From a virus (taxonomy: Duplodnaviria > Caudoviricetes): a stretch of 59,451 nucleotides of DNA. Numbering within the stretch: position 1 is the first letter of the stretch; every line of letters begins with the position of its first letter. This document shows, piece by piece, positions 1-9,123 of this stretch. A program made the translations under genes and the position numbers. The notes beneath the pieces were generated by a model, which was given only the letters and a program-made list of their open reading frames with translations, made no database searches and had not been told where the DNA came from. The stretch is taken from positions 1 through 59,451 of IMG/VR virus record IMGVR_UViG_3300035670_000233; one strand, written 5' to 3'.

Positions 1-251
1 AGAAGAAAGTATGCTACCTGTCTCACGCAGCGTGGGAGAATGATTCTGAATTTCTGACCTTGAACGGAAATCGTCTTTTTAGCCCCTTATTTAATATATA
101 GAAAAAAAAAAAAAAAAATATTTATATATAATAATAGAACCTCCTGTTAGTAAGATTTAAGTTTCCATACAGAAATATGGAATCATCTATGTCCATATAA
201 AATGATTCGGGAGAGTTGTCGGCTCTCCCGAATCACGCCCGATTTACGGAA

Positions 252-545
252 TCACTCTACAACAACCTTCGTCGGTTTTGTGGAATCCTTAGGTGCCTGG
301 GGCACCGCAGGTGCCTGGGGCACCGCAGGTGCCTGGGGCACCGCAGGTGCCTGGGGCACCGCAGGTGCCTGGAGGAACCTAACCTTGTCAATCATACTTC
401 TATTAACATCCACCACCCCGCGAGGTCCACGCATCATATTCTTACCGGCATACACGTACCATGTGCCGTCGATAAGAATCTCAACGCGGCCAGTTAGAAC
501 TTTGTCCAACTCAGTCTTATCCAGGTGTTTAATCAGTTCTTCCAT
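252..545 (-). CDS. hypothetical protein with QAPAVP repeats
   Basis: 97-aa ORF directly after the nuclease gene, same strand; C-terminal (QAPAVP)x4. Confidence 0.6.
   Translation of the reverse strand: MEELIKHLDKTELDKVLTGRVEILIDGTWYVYAGKNMMRGPRGVVDVNRSMIDKVRFLQAPAVPQAPAVPQAPAVPQAPAVPQAPKDSTKPTKVVVE
291..372. repeat. 18-bp tandem repeat AGGTGCCTGGGGCACCGC, 4.5 copies
   Basis: Perfect copies read directly; each unit contains the inverted pair GGTGCC/GGCACC. Confidence 0.95.
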
Positions 546-553
546 CTTAATCC

Positions 554-1411
554 TTAGCCTTTCCAGTGGGACGTATTCAACACACTGCGATAGTAGTCCT
601 CGTTTGCTCCTTTCGTGTTCTCGATAATCGCGTCCAGATCAGGACGCTCTGGCTTATAATTCCAGATTTCCAGAATCAGCTTACTCAAATAATCCTGATA
701 GGTGGAGGATACGAATCCACGGTACGTGGATACGCGCATCACCCCGCCCCTAAAGGATAGCTGTTCAATACCGGCCATGAAGTCAGACTCCAAAACCCAC
801 CCCGCAATGGTGTTCTGGAGCGCCCATTCTTCCGAATAGGTATCCATCGTGGCCGCATTGTATACCACGCCTTCGTGCATGGACAATATAGCATCGCGGT
901 GGGGTGTATTGCCCGGAGCAATATTAATGTATCCGGCGACGGGTGAAGCCGTGCTGAAATACCCGTTAACCTTGAAGTCGACCACGACCGTGATTAAACT
1001 CCCGTCCGATAGCTTCCGAACGAAGTAGAGGTCCGGCTTACAGAGCAACGGCACACCCTTGTGCTGTCCGCGGATCTCAAGCTCGAAGCGTGGTGAATAC
1101 TCTGCAATCTCCAATAATCGCAGAAGATTCCCCAACCCACCGGACTCGCGATATCGCTCCATAATCTCTCGCCCAATGGGACGTGCTTTATCCCGATTCT
1201 GCGGCTCAACTTGTTGCTCAAACAGGTCAACTTCGGTGCCAAAGAGCCTTCCTGTGAGGAACTTCTTTAGCTCCGCGTCGAACGCCGACCCAACCGCCAT
1301 GGGCATTGTTTGCGCTAATCGTGGCGGTCGTTGCGCCGCCAAGTATTTGAAGTAGAATTCATCCTTGTTTGCAAGGTACGTCTTAATCGAAGTAGGACTC
1401 AAATAATTCAT
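554..1411 (-). CDS. PD-(D/E)xK exonuclease (RecB/Cas4-like phage nuclease)
   Basis: N-terminal YLSPTSI...GSAFD, then E...KPDL...VVDFK catalytic pattern. Confidence 0.8.
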   Translation of the reverse strand: MNYLSPTSIKTYLANKDEFYFKYLAAQRPPRLAQTMPMAVGSAFDAELKKFLTGRLFGTEVDLFEQQVEPQNRDKARPIGREIMERYRESGGLGNLLRLLEIAEYSPRFELEIRGQHKGVPLLCKPDLYFVRKLSDGSLITVVVDFKVNGYFSTASPVAGYINIAPGNTPHRDAILSMHEGVVYNAATMDTYSEEWALQNTIAGWVLESDFMAGIEQLSFRGGVMRVSTYRGFVSSTYQDYLSKLILEIWNYKPERPDLDAIIENTKGANEDYYRSVLNTSHWKG

Positions 1412-1412
1412 C

Positions 1413-1643
1413 TTATCTCCTTATTTTAGCGGGCAATGGCATCCAGTGTGTTACTGGATCAGGAGTAAGATAATCTTCAAACTCCCAAGTCCAATCATAG
1501 CCAGTCACTCCACAGGCAGCCCAACGCCACCCCTTCCCCCTAGCACATTCCACCCGAAGACCGACGAGAATGGTTTTACCATCAGTCAGTAAGACTGGGG
1601 TACCCATTTCCGGCAGGCTTTCCGATACGTGCGTCCAGTTCAT
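1413..1643 (-). CDS. DUF551-like phage protein
   Basis: WTHVSESLPE...VLL...VTHWMPLP signature; start moved to MNW. Confidence 0.8.
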   Translation of the reverse strand: MNWTHVSESLPEMGTPVLLTDGKTILVGLRVECARGKGWRWAACGVTGYDWTWEFEDYLTPDPVTHWMPLPAKIRR

Positions 1644-1747
1644 TTTATTTCCTCCCACCGATCCTCAAAAAGGTGGATGCACCACCGACATCAGTTTGCC
1701 CAACTATCTATATTGTAATCAGCCTCCCACCTACAGGTAATAGGATT

Positions 1748-1999
1748 TTAAACTCTATGACGGCACGTCGCACAACCCTCCTTGGCACGTTCCATTGCCA
1801 TGTAGATGGCGGTCACACTATCAAGCTTATCGTCAATGACCTGCACCAAGAGATCAAGAAACGGATTATCCTTATTATCCGCGTACCATTCCTCCCACTT
1901 CCTGCTCCCTCCCAACCCTCCTAACGACTTAATCAAACTTACATCTACTAGATCGGCGGCAATTTTATCGCCCGCCTCGCGCATCTGTGTTGTTACCAT
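1748..1999 (-). CDS. hypothetical protein
   Basis: 83-aa ORF co-oriented with neighbours. Confidence 0.5.
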   Translation of the reverse strand: MVTTQMREAGDKIAADLVDVSLIKSLGGLGGSRKWEEWYADNKDNPFLDLLVQVIDDKLDSVTAIYMAMERAKEGCATCRHRV

Positions 2000-2066
2000 A
2001 TCATCACCGCTATCATTTCCATCAGCCAGAACATCAAGATGAACAATATCACCTTAATCAGGAACC

Positions 2067-3074
2067 TCATTCTGGCTCCCGTACGCAGAGAAATCGAGCT
2101 TCCTGCGGAATACCTCCTTCCGAGATTCCAGAATACTGGAACGTGATCACTGTGCCTATAGGTAACGGATTTCTGCGCATCGCATCGTCCATGCCGGACA
2201 GTTCAAAAACCCGCTTAATCTGTCGTTTCTCAGGATCGGCCGTGATTATTTCAACCACGTACGCACCCATCATCCCAACGTACTTTCCTTTGCCCTCAGT
2301 GTACGCCACGATGCGACCTTCCATATCTTGGACATGCTTGTACTTGAGGATGTACTTACTCCTTTGTGTCTCATAGGCTTTATCGGGATGCCGGATGATT
2401 AATCCTTCGCCCTTGTGAGCTAGAACTTTGAACATAAGTTCATTAATCCGGCTCAGTGCCTTACCCGTCGTGAATGGAAGTAGCTCTTGCTCCACCACCC
2501 TACATGAATCACCTAGGTGTAGCCTATTCAGCATATAGTAGGCATTGCGGTATGGTGAATAGTCCATTCGATGCCAGAGCATGTCGTCTCGATATGCCCA
2601 CTCCACACACCCCGCAAGATTCTTCTTGTAGAATGGACTATTAATCGTCCTATCCGCAAACACAATCCCGAGCGGTGGAATATCAAACGCATAGAGAACA
2701 ATATCTTCCCACCCCGCACCAGGCGTTAGCTTCTTAATAATCGAAGATACTCTCTGTCGCTCCGCTACGTCGAATCCGCGCAACGAACCCAACTCACCAT
2801 CTAGCAGAACTCTAGGCATACGGTCCAACCACCAATCCGGTGCGTGGATTACATTGGCGTTCATGGTCCACAGTCCAGTGCAGACTTGTTCTTCAACGAA
2901 CCGAGAATCCTTGGACGTATTGGCCCAAGGAACCTCAGCCTTGGGCATACCCCGCGTGATTCCGCCGTCCCAAAACGCACGTTGGAAGTTGAGCTTTTCG
3001 CTCGCATACCATCCAGCGGCGCTGTGTTTGTTTTGATCAAACACAAATGCTTTCATTAAGAATTCTTGTTTCAT
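2067..3074 (-). CDS. ATP-dependent DNA ligase-like protein (atypical motif I)
   Basis: SEKLNFQRAFWDG (motif I region), LLDGEL (III), YAFDI (IIIa), GEGLIIR (IV), ILKYK (V), C-terminal OB fold GKGKYVGMMGA...IGTVITFQY...ARF. Confidence 0.85.
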   Translation of the reverse strand: MKQEFLMKAFVFDQNKHSAAGWYASEKLNFQRAFWDGGITRGMPKAEVPWANTSKDSRFVEEQVCTGLWTMNANVIHAPDWWLDRMPRVLLDGELGSLRGFDVAERQRVSSIIKKLTPGAGWEDIVLYAFDIPPLGIVFADRTINSPFYKKNLAGCVEWAYRDDMLWHRMDYSPYRNAYYMLNRLHLGDSCRVVEQELLPFTTGKALSRINELMFKVLAHKGEGLIIRHPDKAYETQRSKYILKYKHVQDMEGRIVAYTEGKGKYVGMMGAYVVEIITADPEKRQIKRVFELSGMDDAMRRNPLPIGTVITFQYSGISEGGIPQEARFLCVREPE

Positions 3075-3583
3075 ACTTCCCTCAAAGATTCTAGGAACGC
3101 CACTTCTTCCTCGCAGGCTTGGATTAACCCTCGTCTATCGGACTCTTTCCCCTGGAAAAGATATTCTCTAAGAAACGCGGCTTTGTCATAGGGCGTACCT
3201 CGGCAGTAGAGTTGTCCAGTTCTCTTAAATACGGGACAACCAACACAGCGACCATTTAGAAACAGCAAACATAAAGCACAGAACCTAGGGCTTATCCCTA
3301 TTAGCTTACCGCTCTTAGCCAACGCTACATTATCTTTCCAGTGCTCGATGCTTTCTTCTAATGCCTTCATAATAATCCCCAACAGAACATGTCCACTCTT
3401 AATCGTGTTGGTATTGCACTCAGAGCAGAATCCATCATGGCAGTCTGGTTCAACGAACTCCACCTGATTGCACCCATCATTGGTGCAAATGCCTGGAATA
3501 ACACTCTCGTCTCCATACTGATCGAGATAATCAGCCAGATCATCTAAGCCCTCAACCTCAAACAAATCATCAAGCTTGCTCAT
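3071..3583 (-). CDS. Cys-rich hypothetical protein, possibly a two-domain fusion
   Basis: CTNDGC...C...CSEC N-half and CALC...CVGCP...C C-half; overlaps both neighbours. Confidence 0.6.
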   Translation of the reverse strand: MSKLDDLFEVEGLDDLADYLDQYGDESVIPGICTNDGCNQVEFVEPDCHDGFCSECNTNTIKSGHVLLGIIMKALEESIEHWKDNVALAKSGKLIGISPRFCALCLLFLNGRCVGCPVFKRTGQLYCRGTPYDKAAFLREYLFQGKESDRRGLIQACEEEVAFLESLREV

Positions 3584-4283
3584 TTCTTTTCTCCCTTCGC
3601 TTCTTCATGCACTCTTTGCACTTACCAAAGTAGGATCTTCGTTGATTGGGACCACGAACCCGCGTATAAAATTCCGTGGAACTCTTGATCAAACCACACT
3701 CGTTACATTTGATCTTTTCTTCTGGTTCTTCGCGGGGGTGGAATCCTTCCTCTAAAAGAACCCTCTTTATTCCAGTTAAACGCTTCACCACGGTGGAGTG
3801 ATCTAGCTCCAGCACTTGAGCTATTTCTTCCACCGTCCACCCATCGAGTCGTTTCTCGACGATTACACGATCCAGTGGCTCTAGTTGGAAGTCCTTAATG
3901 AGGTCATACTCATCATAGGTGTATCTTGGCGCACCAGAAATATCCAGACCCGAACTCAAAGATACGATAATCGGCCGCACGCCCTTCTTTAGTTGAACTG
4001 GCATCCTCGTTAAGGAATCTTCCTCAGGATCTGGATCTACCAAATCACGAGTGCGTGGTTTGTGTACTACACAGTCCGACACCACGAAGTTCTTACAGGC
4101 ACCTTTGCACCTTAAGAAGACAATCGCCTCAGGATTCTTATGCTCTCCATCGTGGGTGTTGGCGAAGACTGTTAGTTCCTCGTAGGCCAGCATCAGCAAC
4201 TCATCGTACAGATGCGGGTGTGTAGCCTTGAACAGATCAGCGGCTTTCTTAGCCGTGGGCATGAGTGCTTCGATGTTAATCAT
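3570..4283 (-). CDS. phage sigma-factor-like protein with C-terminal C4 zinc finger
   Basis: Region-4-like HTH (LEPLDRVIVEKRLDGWTVEEIAQVLELDHSTVVKRL), helical region-2-like N-terminus, CNEC...CKEC tail. Confidence 0.7.
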   Translation of the reverse strand: MINIEALMPTAKKAADLFKATHPHLYDELLMLAYEELTVFANTHDGEHKNPEAIVFLRCKGACKNFVVSDCVVHKPRTRDLVDPDPEEDSLTRMPVQLKKGVRPIIVSLSSGLDISGAPRYTYDEYDLIKDFQLEPLDRVIVEKRLDGWTVEEIAQVLELDHSTVVKRLTGIKRVLLEEGFHPREEPEEKIKCNECGLIKSSTEFYTRVRGPNQRRSYFGKCKECMKKRREKRNEQA

Positions 4284-4885
4284 TGCTTCTTCCTTTTCAA
4301 TACGGCCACAACATCAGACTGGATAATCCGTACTTCTCTGCTGTCCAGATGCAGGGCTTTGATGCTGTGATCACTAGCTGCCAAGCACACGTGAAGATCC
4401 AAACTCCCTGGTCCTACGAATACCTCTCCGCAGGCCGGTTTCCGTACTCCAAGAATAGTATATCCCCCAACATCTACTGGCATTTTAGAGAGTAGAACCT
4501 CGAATCTGCGGTCAATCATGTCCGCAATAGGATCGCGTCTCTGGTCCTCTGCTTTCGGAGGCAGACCCTGACACTCAAGTGTATCATGATTATGGAGTTC
4601 TTTGATTACCTTTAAGTAGTAAATTCCAGTAATCTCTCTGGGTGTACTGTGACTACTGGGAACAATTGAGGTTACACCATTATAGCCGGCAGGCCACCCA
4701 TCATGCAAAAATCCAGAGTAAAACAACGCTTTGTGCATAGGATTACAGGCGTCCATACTCACATCCACTAGATAGAGCGTGTGAGGCTTCCATCCCCCTG
4801 CTGGAGGAAAGATCGTTTGTGTCATGGTTCTTGGATCTTTAGTTTTCATTGCTTCTCCCAACAATTCTGACATATTCGTCAGCAA
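4280..4885 (-). CDS. hypothetical protein
   Basis: Long ORF coupled to neighbours; start may be 4849. Confidence 0.6.
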   Translation of the reverse strand: MLTNMSELLGEAMKTKDPRTMTQTIFPPAGGWKPHTLYLVDVSMDACNPMHKALFYSGFLHDGWPAGYNGVTSIVPSSHSTPREITGIYYLKVIKELHNHDTLECQGLPPKAEDQRRDPIADMIDRRFEVLLSKMPVDVGGYTILGVRKPACGEVFVGPGSLDLHVCLAASDHSIKALHLDSREVRIIQSDVVAVLKRKKQ

Positions 4886-5480
4886 GATCTTTTCCGATCT
4901 GGCTAACCAACCACAACCGCCCGTCGTCGCTTACTTTATATCTTTCTGCTTCGTGTTGATTACTGCCGCACTTGCCAAAACCGTGCTTCATACCAATGGC
5001 ACAATAAGGTTCCTCTTGCTCTACCAGCCTCTTTCTAACCTTAAGATTGCGCCAGAGCCACAGATCCAAGAACGGATCATTTTCTCTAGGCCACCGGGTA
5101 ATCATTCCCCAACGGAAACCGGTGGTATATAGTGAACTGTGCGACGGAGTGTGGCGAATTCTAATCCTGGCCGTAGGTAGATGATAGTTGACCGTAGGTG
5201 TAAGACCTATCAAGTCCCCTGGGATTAGGGTCATGTTTCGGATGTAGTCTGGGCTGTACCAGTCATCATCTTCCATGATTAAGACCAGATCATGGTATCG
5301 GCACCTATTGATCCCAAGTTGAACCCGCCTCACGATGTCAACTCCATCACTCTCTGGTGGATCATTAACCACGATCCATTCATCAGGTGGATAGGTTTGT
5401 TGATCAATGAATCGGGCCAACAAATCCAGAAACGGTTTACGTTCCGGACTGCGGTGGGGCGTTATTACAGATACTTTCAC
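4839..5480 (-). CDS. glycosyltransferase family 2 (GT-A fold)
   Basis: MKVSVITP...QQTYPPDEWIVVND...LIMEDDDWY (DxD motif). Confidence 0.85.
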   Translation of the reverse strand: MKVSVITPHRSPERKPFLDLLARFIDQQTYPPDEWIVVNDPPESDGVDIVRRVQLGINRCRYHDLVLIMEDDDWYSPDYIRNMTLIPGDLIGLTPTVNYHLPTARIRIRHTPSHSSLYTTGFRWGMITRWPRENDPFLDLWLWRNLKVRKRLVEQEEPYCAIGMKHGFGKCGSNQHEAERYKVSDDGRLWLVSQIGKDLADEYVRIVGRSNEN

Positions 5481-5670
5481 TTAGGATTCTCCGGTATGCT
5501 GCATCGGCAGTTTCGATTTCAGTCTTAACACCTAGTTTTTCTAACGCACGCTGTAGCGTTATGGCGTCAGCCTCGCTGATTTTGTCTGCACGGAAGATGT
5601 TTGGAACGAATCCATTTACTTCCACACACCAAAACTTACTTTTGTTTAGGACTACTACGCGATCTTTCAT
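5437..5670 (-). CDS. hypothetical protein
   Basis: ORF in operon; start moved to MKDRVVV. Confidence 0.45.
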   Translation of the reverse strand: MKDRVVVLNKSKFWCVEVNGFVPNIFRADKISEADAITLQRALEKLGVKTEIETADAAYRRILSESICNNAPPQSGT

Positions 5671-6118
5671 CGAGGATTCCCCTGAGCGCGACCATTTGAT
5701 CAATGGCATCCGACCACGCGCTATGCTGATTGGTATAGAAAACCTTTTCACCCTCCAACAAAGTCCGAAGATCTCGCTCCTGCCGATAACTCCAATTAGG
5801 TGTAATAGCGCAACGGGCCATTGATTCTCGAATAATCACTAAGTCGAACTGGGGAGACTTAGCCCACACAAGATCGCCGGCGTGAATGTACTGATTCATT
5901 TCCCACAACGCACTATTGAGCGGAATTGTTCCTCCGAGTGTAATATTCTTTCCCCACCACTTGAGGGTTGCGGGTTCAATAATCCCACCAGCGGTTTCAA
6001 TATCTATTAACCAACTATGGCTTACGATCTCATCCCCAATTAGACGAGCCATGCCGATTTGCAGAATCGGGGCGGTGGGCTTAATACCCAACGTCTCAAT
6101 GTCGATCATGATATTCAT
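5636..6118 (-). CDS. DEDDh 3'-5' exonuclease (Rv2179c/exonuclease VIII-like)
   Basis: IMIDIETLG...ILQIG...WAKSPQFDL...RDLRT...HSAWSDA. Confidence 0.85.
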   Translation of the reverse strand: MNIMIDIETLGIKPTAPILQIGMARLIGDEIVSHSWLIDIETAGGIIEPATLKWWGKNITLGGTIPLNSALWEMNQYIHAGDLVWAKSPQFDLVIIRESMARCAITPNWSYRQERDLRTLLEGEKVFYTNQHSAWSDAIDQMVALRGILDERSRSSPKQK

Positions 6119-6269
6119 TCTTTGATCACCAGTGCTGCGAGACCACGCCCCACGTGAAGCGCAGAAAGTTCTGTTACCAACAACTTACGATATTCTGTAT
6201 CGACGACTACCTCGTCAACCTGTGTTTCCTTACCATCTTTATCTATCTTAGTTACTGTGATTTTCAACT

Positions 6270-6473
6270 TCATTCTATCTCCCTATATACAGCTACACTA
6301 CCATCGAATCCTGAAAATGCAAACTCCCGATGTGGTACGCGCTCTCCAAGAGTTTCTTTTCCTATTGGTAGAATACTTTGTTCTAATGGTACTCTAATGA
6401 TTCTCCTTTCCAACGGCTCAGCTACTTCGTCCATCTTACTACATCCGCAGCGGGTAATTAGTTTAATCCTCAT
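6270..6473 (-). CDS. hypothetical protein
   Basis: Small ORF with 4-bp overlap to the upstream gene. Confidence 0.5.
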   Translation of the reverse strand: MRIKLITRCGCSKMDEVAEPLERRIIRVPLEQSILPIGKETLGERVPHREFAFSGFDGSVAVYREIE

Positions 6474-6763
6474 AGCACTACCTCGTCATGTCCGTGTTGG
6501 GTCTGGTCTAATAGACAAGACGTAACTTCCCGACCAGATTTAGAACAAGACATATTCAATGAACAATCGTCGCACTTAGCCTCTGGTTCTTTTCCAAAGT
6601 AAACCGTGTACGGTCCTCGGGGATAATCATATACAACGTTCACCACGATAGGCCAGTGCTTTGCCAGTACACGCTGTCCCCGCATCCCATAGATGATTTT
6701 AGGTGTCCTGTCTCCTCTACGGAGACCAGGATCAGACTGAAAGCCTACAGCTTTAATCCTCAT
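6470..6763 (-). CDS. hypothetical protein
   Basis: Overlapping chain of small minus-strand ORFs. Confidence 0.5.
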   Translation of the reverse strand: MRIKAVGFQSDPGLRRGDRTPKIIYGMRGQRVLAKHWPIVVNVVYDYPRGPYTVYFGKEPEAKCDDCSLNMSCSKSGREVTSCLLDQTQHGHDEVVL

Positions 6764-7169
6764 AGATTAACTCCCTATAGTCCTCCGTGACGACCACTGA
6801 GATTTTGGAGGGGCCACGCATGGCAATTACATTAACTCGCCCGCTCCGCCACGCCACATACGAGTCGCCGGTGTGTACCTTTAGGTAGTTAACTAGATCA
6901 GATATTACTTTGCTTACACTCTCTGGTGGAATTGCTGTGCCCTTAGCCCAGAAGTCTCCAGAATCTTCATCTGGAATGGAACAGAGCCTTCCCACATACT
7001 TCATACCTAGATCGGTCGTCCGGAATAATCCGTCGCTCAACAGCTCCAAAGCACCCAGGCTTTGCCATCTTGCAATAGCTTGTGCTACGCTGGGAGTATT
7101 GATGTATGGATGATGCTCTGTATGGTAATGATACCATATCAAAACTTCGATGTCAACGGGTCGTTTCAT
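6753..7169 (-). CDS. hypothetical protein
   Basis: 138-aa ORF in tight operon. Confidence 0.55.
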   Translation of the reverse strand: MKRPVDIEVLIWYHYHTEHHPYINTPSVAQAIARWQSLGALELLSDGLFRTTDLGMKYVGRLCSIPDEDSGDFWAKGTAIPPESVSKVISDLVNYLKVHTGDSYVAWRSGRVNVIAMRGPSKISVVVTEDYRELIYED

Positions 7170-7171
7170 GA

Positions 7172-7582
7172 TTATTTCCTAGGCAATAGATCATTTAGCA
7201 TCCTTGCCGCGATATGTGCAGCCAGATCTTCACAGTCTGCTACCGTCATTAATGGATTTAACACTTCACCACTGCCCCACACCACGTTTGAGCCATTAAT
7301 CTTATTGCGCTGAATCCACTCGCGGGTTTCAGCGAGCCACGCACCACCGCACTTCTTTACGTCACAGGCAAAGATCATGGCATCTCTCCTCCGCCGCGCC
7401 TCTTGAATCGCCTGCTTTATCCCGCCTGGAGCTTGTATGGCAGAGATTAACTCCCCGATTGAGGGAGTAATCTTCTTATCGGCACCACCCACCTTACGTA
7501 TGTGGTGCTCTTTTAGCAGCTGTTCCTGATGGGCTTTTTCTTGTTCTTCGGAGGTCATTTCAGTCTCCCAGTAATCAGCCAT
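7172..7582 (-). CDS. hypothetical protein
   Basis: 136-aa ORF in tight operon. Confidence 0.55.
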   Translation of the reverse strand: MADYWETEMTSEEQEKAHQEQLLKEHHIRKVGGADKKITPSIGELISAIQAPGGIKQAIQEARRRRDAMIFACDVKKCGGAWLAETREWIQRNKINGSNVVWGSGEVLNPLMTVADCEDLAAHIAARMLNDLLPRK

Positions 7583-7770
7583 CGAGCATCAATTTCCGGC
7601 AATGCCGCCAATAATTTTCTAAGATTATCGAGACTTGGTTCTCTGTTACCACTTGTGAAGTGGGATATTGTAGTTTGATTCAGTCCGCTAAGTTTGGCTA
7701 GGCGACCGTTGCCCACACCAGTAACCCTCATTGACACCAAGAGCCGTTCTCCAAAGCTGCTGAAGTTCAT
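7555..7770 (-). CDS. XRE/Cro-like helix-turn-helix regulator
   Basis: FGERL...LAKLSGLNQTTISHFTSGNREPSLDNLRKL...WLITG. Confidence 0.85.
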   Translation of the reverse strand: MNFSSFGERLLVSMRVTGVGNGRLAKLSGLNQTTISHFTSGNREPSLDNLRKLLAALPEIDARWLITGRLK

Positions 7771-8105
7771 ATAAGCACCAGAATTTCCACTCCAGGATTA
7801 CTGTCCGCTTGATCAAGGGCAGTTGGCCAATCGCCACCTTGAGCTTTCAGATCCTCCCTGTCAGTGTGATCTCTTTTGAGAATATTTACTTTTCCATCGT
7901 CTCCACGGAAAACCTTTATGACGCAATAGTGTGTTAGGCAGTTGATTATCCGTGTTACATTTCTAACTCTATGGCCCGTGACTACGTCCTTACCGCCACG
8001 GTAGCAAACAGTTACTCGCTCTGGTGAACCCTGCCTGCGGAATAACTCATTTGCTTCTTCGGCAGAGATAACACCCGCCTGATAAAAGTGATTAATCTCC
8101 TTCAT
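7767..8105 (-). CDS. hypothetical protein
   Basis: 112-aa ORF with 4-bp overlap. Confidence 0.5.
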   Translation of the reverse strand: MKEINHFYQAGVISAEEANELFRRQGSPERVTVCYRGGKDVVTGHRVRNVTRIINCLTHYCVIKVFRGDDGKVNILKRDHTDREDLKAQGGDWPTALDQADSNPGVEILVLI

Positions 8106-8199
8106 TTGATTCTCCGCATCGGTCCACCAAAGGTGTCCCGCACATAGATCCTACCCTTAGAATCCTTAGTTACCAATCCATTCTCCGACCGTGCGGGCA

Positions 8200-8391
8200 T
8201 CAGAATCCGGCGTTTGGAATTTTGACGGCGAGCAGGAGCATCCGATGTATTTGATCCTTCTTGCATAGTGCTTCCTCACTTTCACCGGTTAGCAGTATCT
8301 TTTTAATCTTATAGACCGCAAAGTCAAGATACACAATATCTTCGCGATCATTTCTCGGCCACGACACGTGAACTGAACCATGGTGAATCAT
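8200..8391 (-). CDS. hypothetical protein
   Basis: Small coupled ORF. Confidence 0.4.
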   Translation of the reverse strand: MIHHGSVHVSWPRNDREDIVYLDFAVYKIKKILLTGESEEALCKKDQIHRMLLLAVKIPNAGF

Positions 8392-8603
8392 TGCGCCATA
8401 GAAGCTACTGATCTTTTCATCGCATCGAAGCGCGCAAGCACCTTCTTGCGGGCCAACGCAAATCCTTCTTGACGACCTTCTTCGCGAGCATCTTCCAGAA
8501 GGCTCCTGATGAAATCAAGCTCACCAATTCCAAACGGAAATGTGCGCGATGTTACATCTGTGTTTCTAAGCGATACCGTCTTACCGTCGAAGATAATCAT
8601 CAC
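8388..8603 (-). CDS. hypothetical protein
   Basis: Small coupled ORF. Confidence 0.5.
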   Translation of the reverse strand: MMIIFDGKTVSLRNTDVTSRTFPFGIGELDFIRSLLEDAREEGRQEGFALARKKVLARFDAMKRSVASMAQ

Positions 8604-8752
8604 AGTTTCTCCAGAGCCGTAAGCAGTTCCAGACGATAGTTTTCAAGCTCCACCAAACTACCAGTGTAGGCCTCTCCGTGTACTTGCTGTTGGCGGATGT
8701 TGCTTTCAACCATACGCAACTCAGAGATTAATAGTTCAGTAACTCTGCTCAC
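8600..8752 (-). CDS. small hypothetical protein (~50 aa, below ORF-track cutoff)
   Basis: GTG-start ORF (SRVTELLISELRMVESNIRQ...LEKL) filling the gap with 4-bp overlaps at both ends. Confidence 0.45.
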   Translation of the reverse strand: MSRVTELLISELRMVESNIRQQQVHGEAYTGSLVELENYRLELLTALEKL

Positions 8753-9123
8753 AGTTCAAACTCCTCTCGCATACGGACTACAGTTGCGCGCGGAACATTA
8801 TGCACCGACTCGAACTCTCCATTAGCAACGATTACCAGCTTACTGTTGGTTCTCAACCGAAGATACGGATAGGTGTGGTGCTTCTTGATGAAGGTGTTAC
8901 ACACCACGACATCATATCCCTGATCCAGAAGTTCCGTTGCCCGCTTCAAGCAGTCAGCATGAGCATCCGGTAGCTGTGTGGGATCGAAGAAATAATCACC
9001 GTTATCATCGGTGAAATATTGATCAGCCTCACACAGCCTGTAGTTGGGAAAGAGTCGCTTTGCGAGCGTCGTCTTTCCACTACCAGGCAATCCGCGAATT
9101 AGAACAAGATTCCGCATAATCAT
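8749..9123 (-). CDS. P-loop kinase (AAA_33/polynucleotide-kinase-like)
   Basis: LVLIRGLPGSGKTT, EADQYF, VVVCNTF, HNVP; start moved to MIMRNL. Confidence 0.85.
   Translation of the reverse strand: MIMRNLVLIRGLPGSGKTTLAKRLFPNYRLCEADQYFTDDNGDYFFDPTQLPDAHADCLKRATELLDQGYDVVVCNTFIKKHHTYPYLRLRTNSKLVIVANGEFESVHNVPRATVVRMREEFEL

Noticed and set aside
102-118. Long poly-A run in the AT-rich left end
   Set aside because: Could be a terminator tail for the leftward operon or a homopolymer artefact; no stem identified, cannot be supported
176-188. TATGGAATCATCT shared with 57232-57244
   Set aside because: A single 13-bp match between AT-rich spacers; chance cannot be excluded
291-372. Possible CRISPR array next to a Cas4-like nuclease
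   Set aside because: Repeats are contiguous with no spacers and are in frame in a coding region; the nuclease is a common standalone phage type
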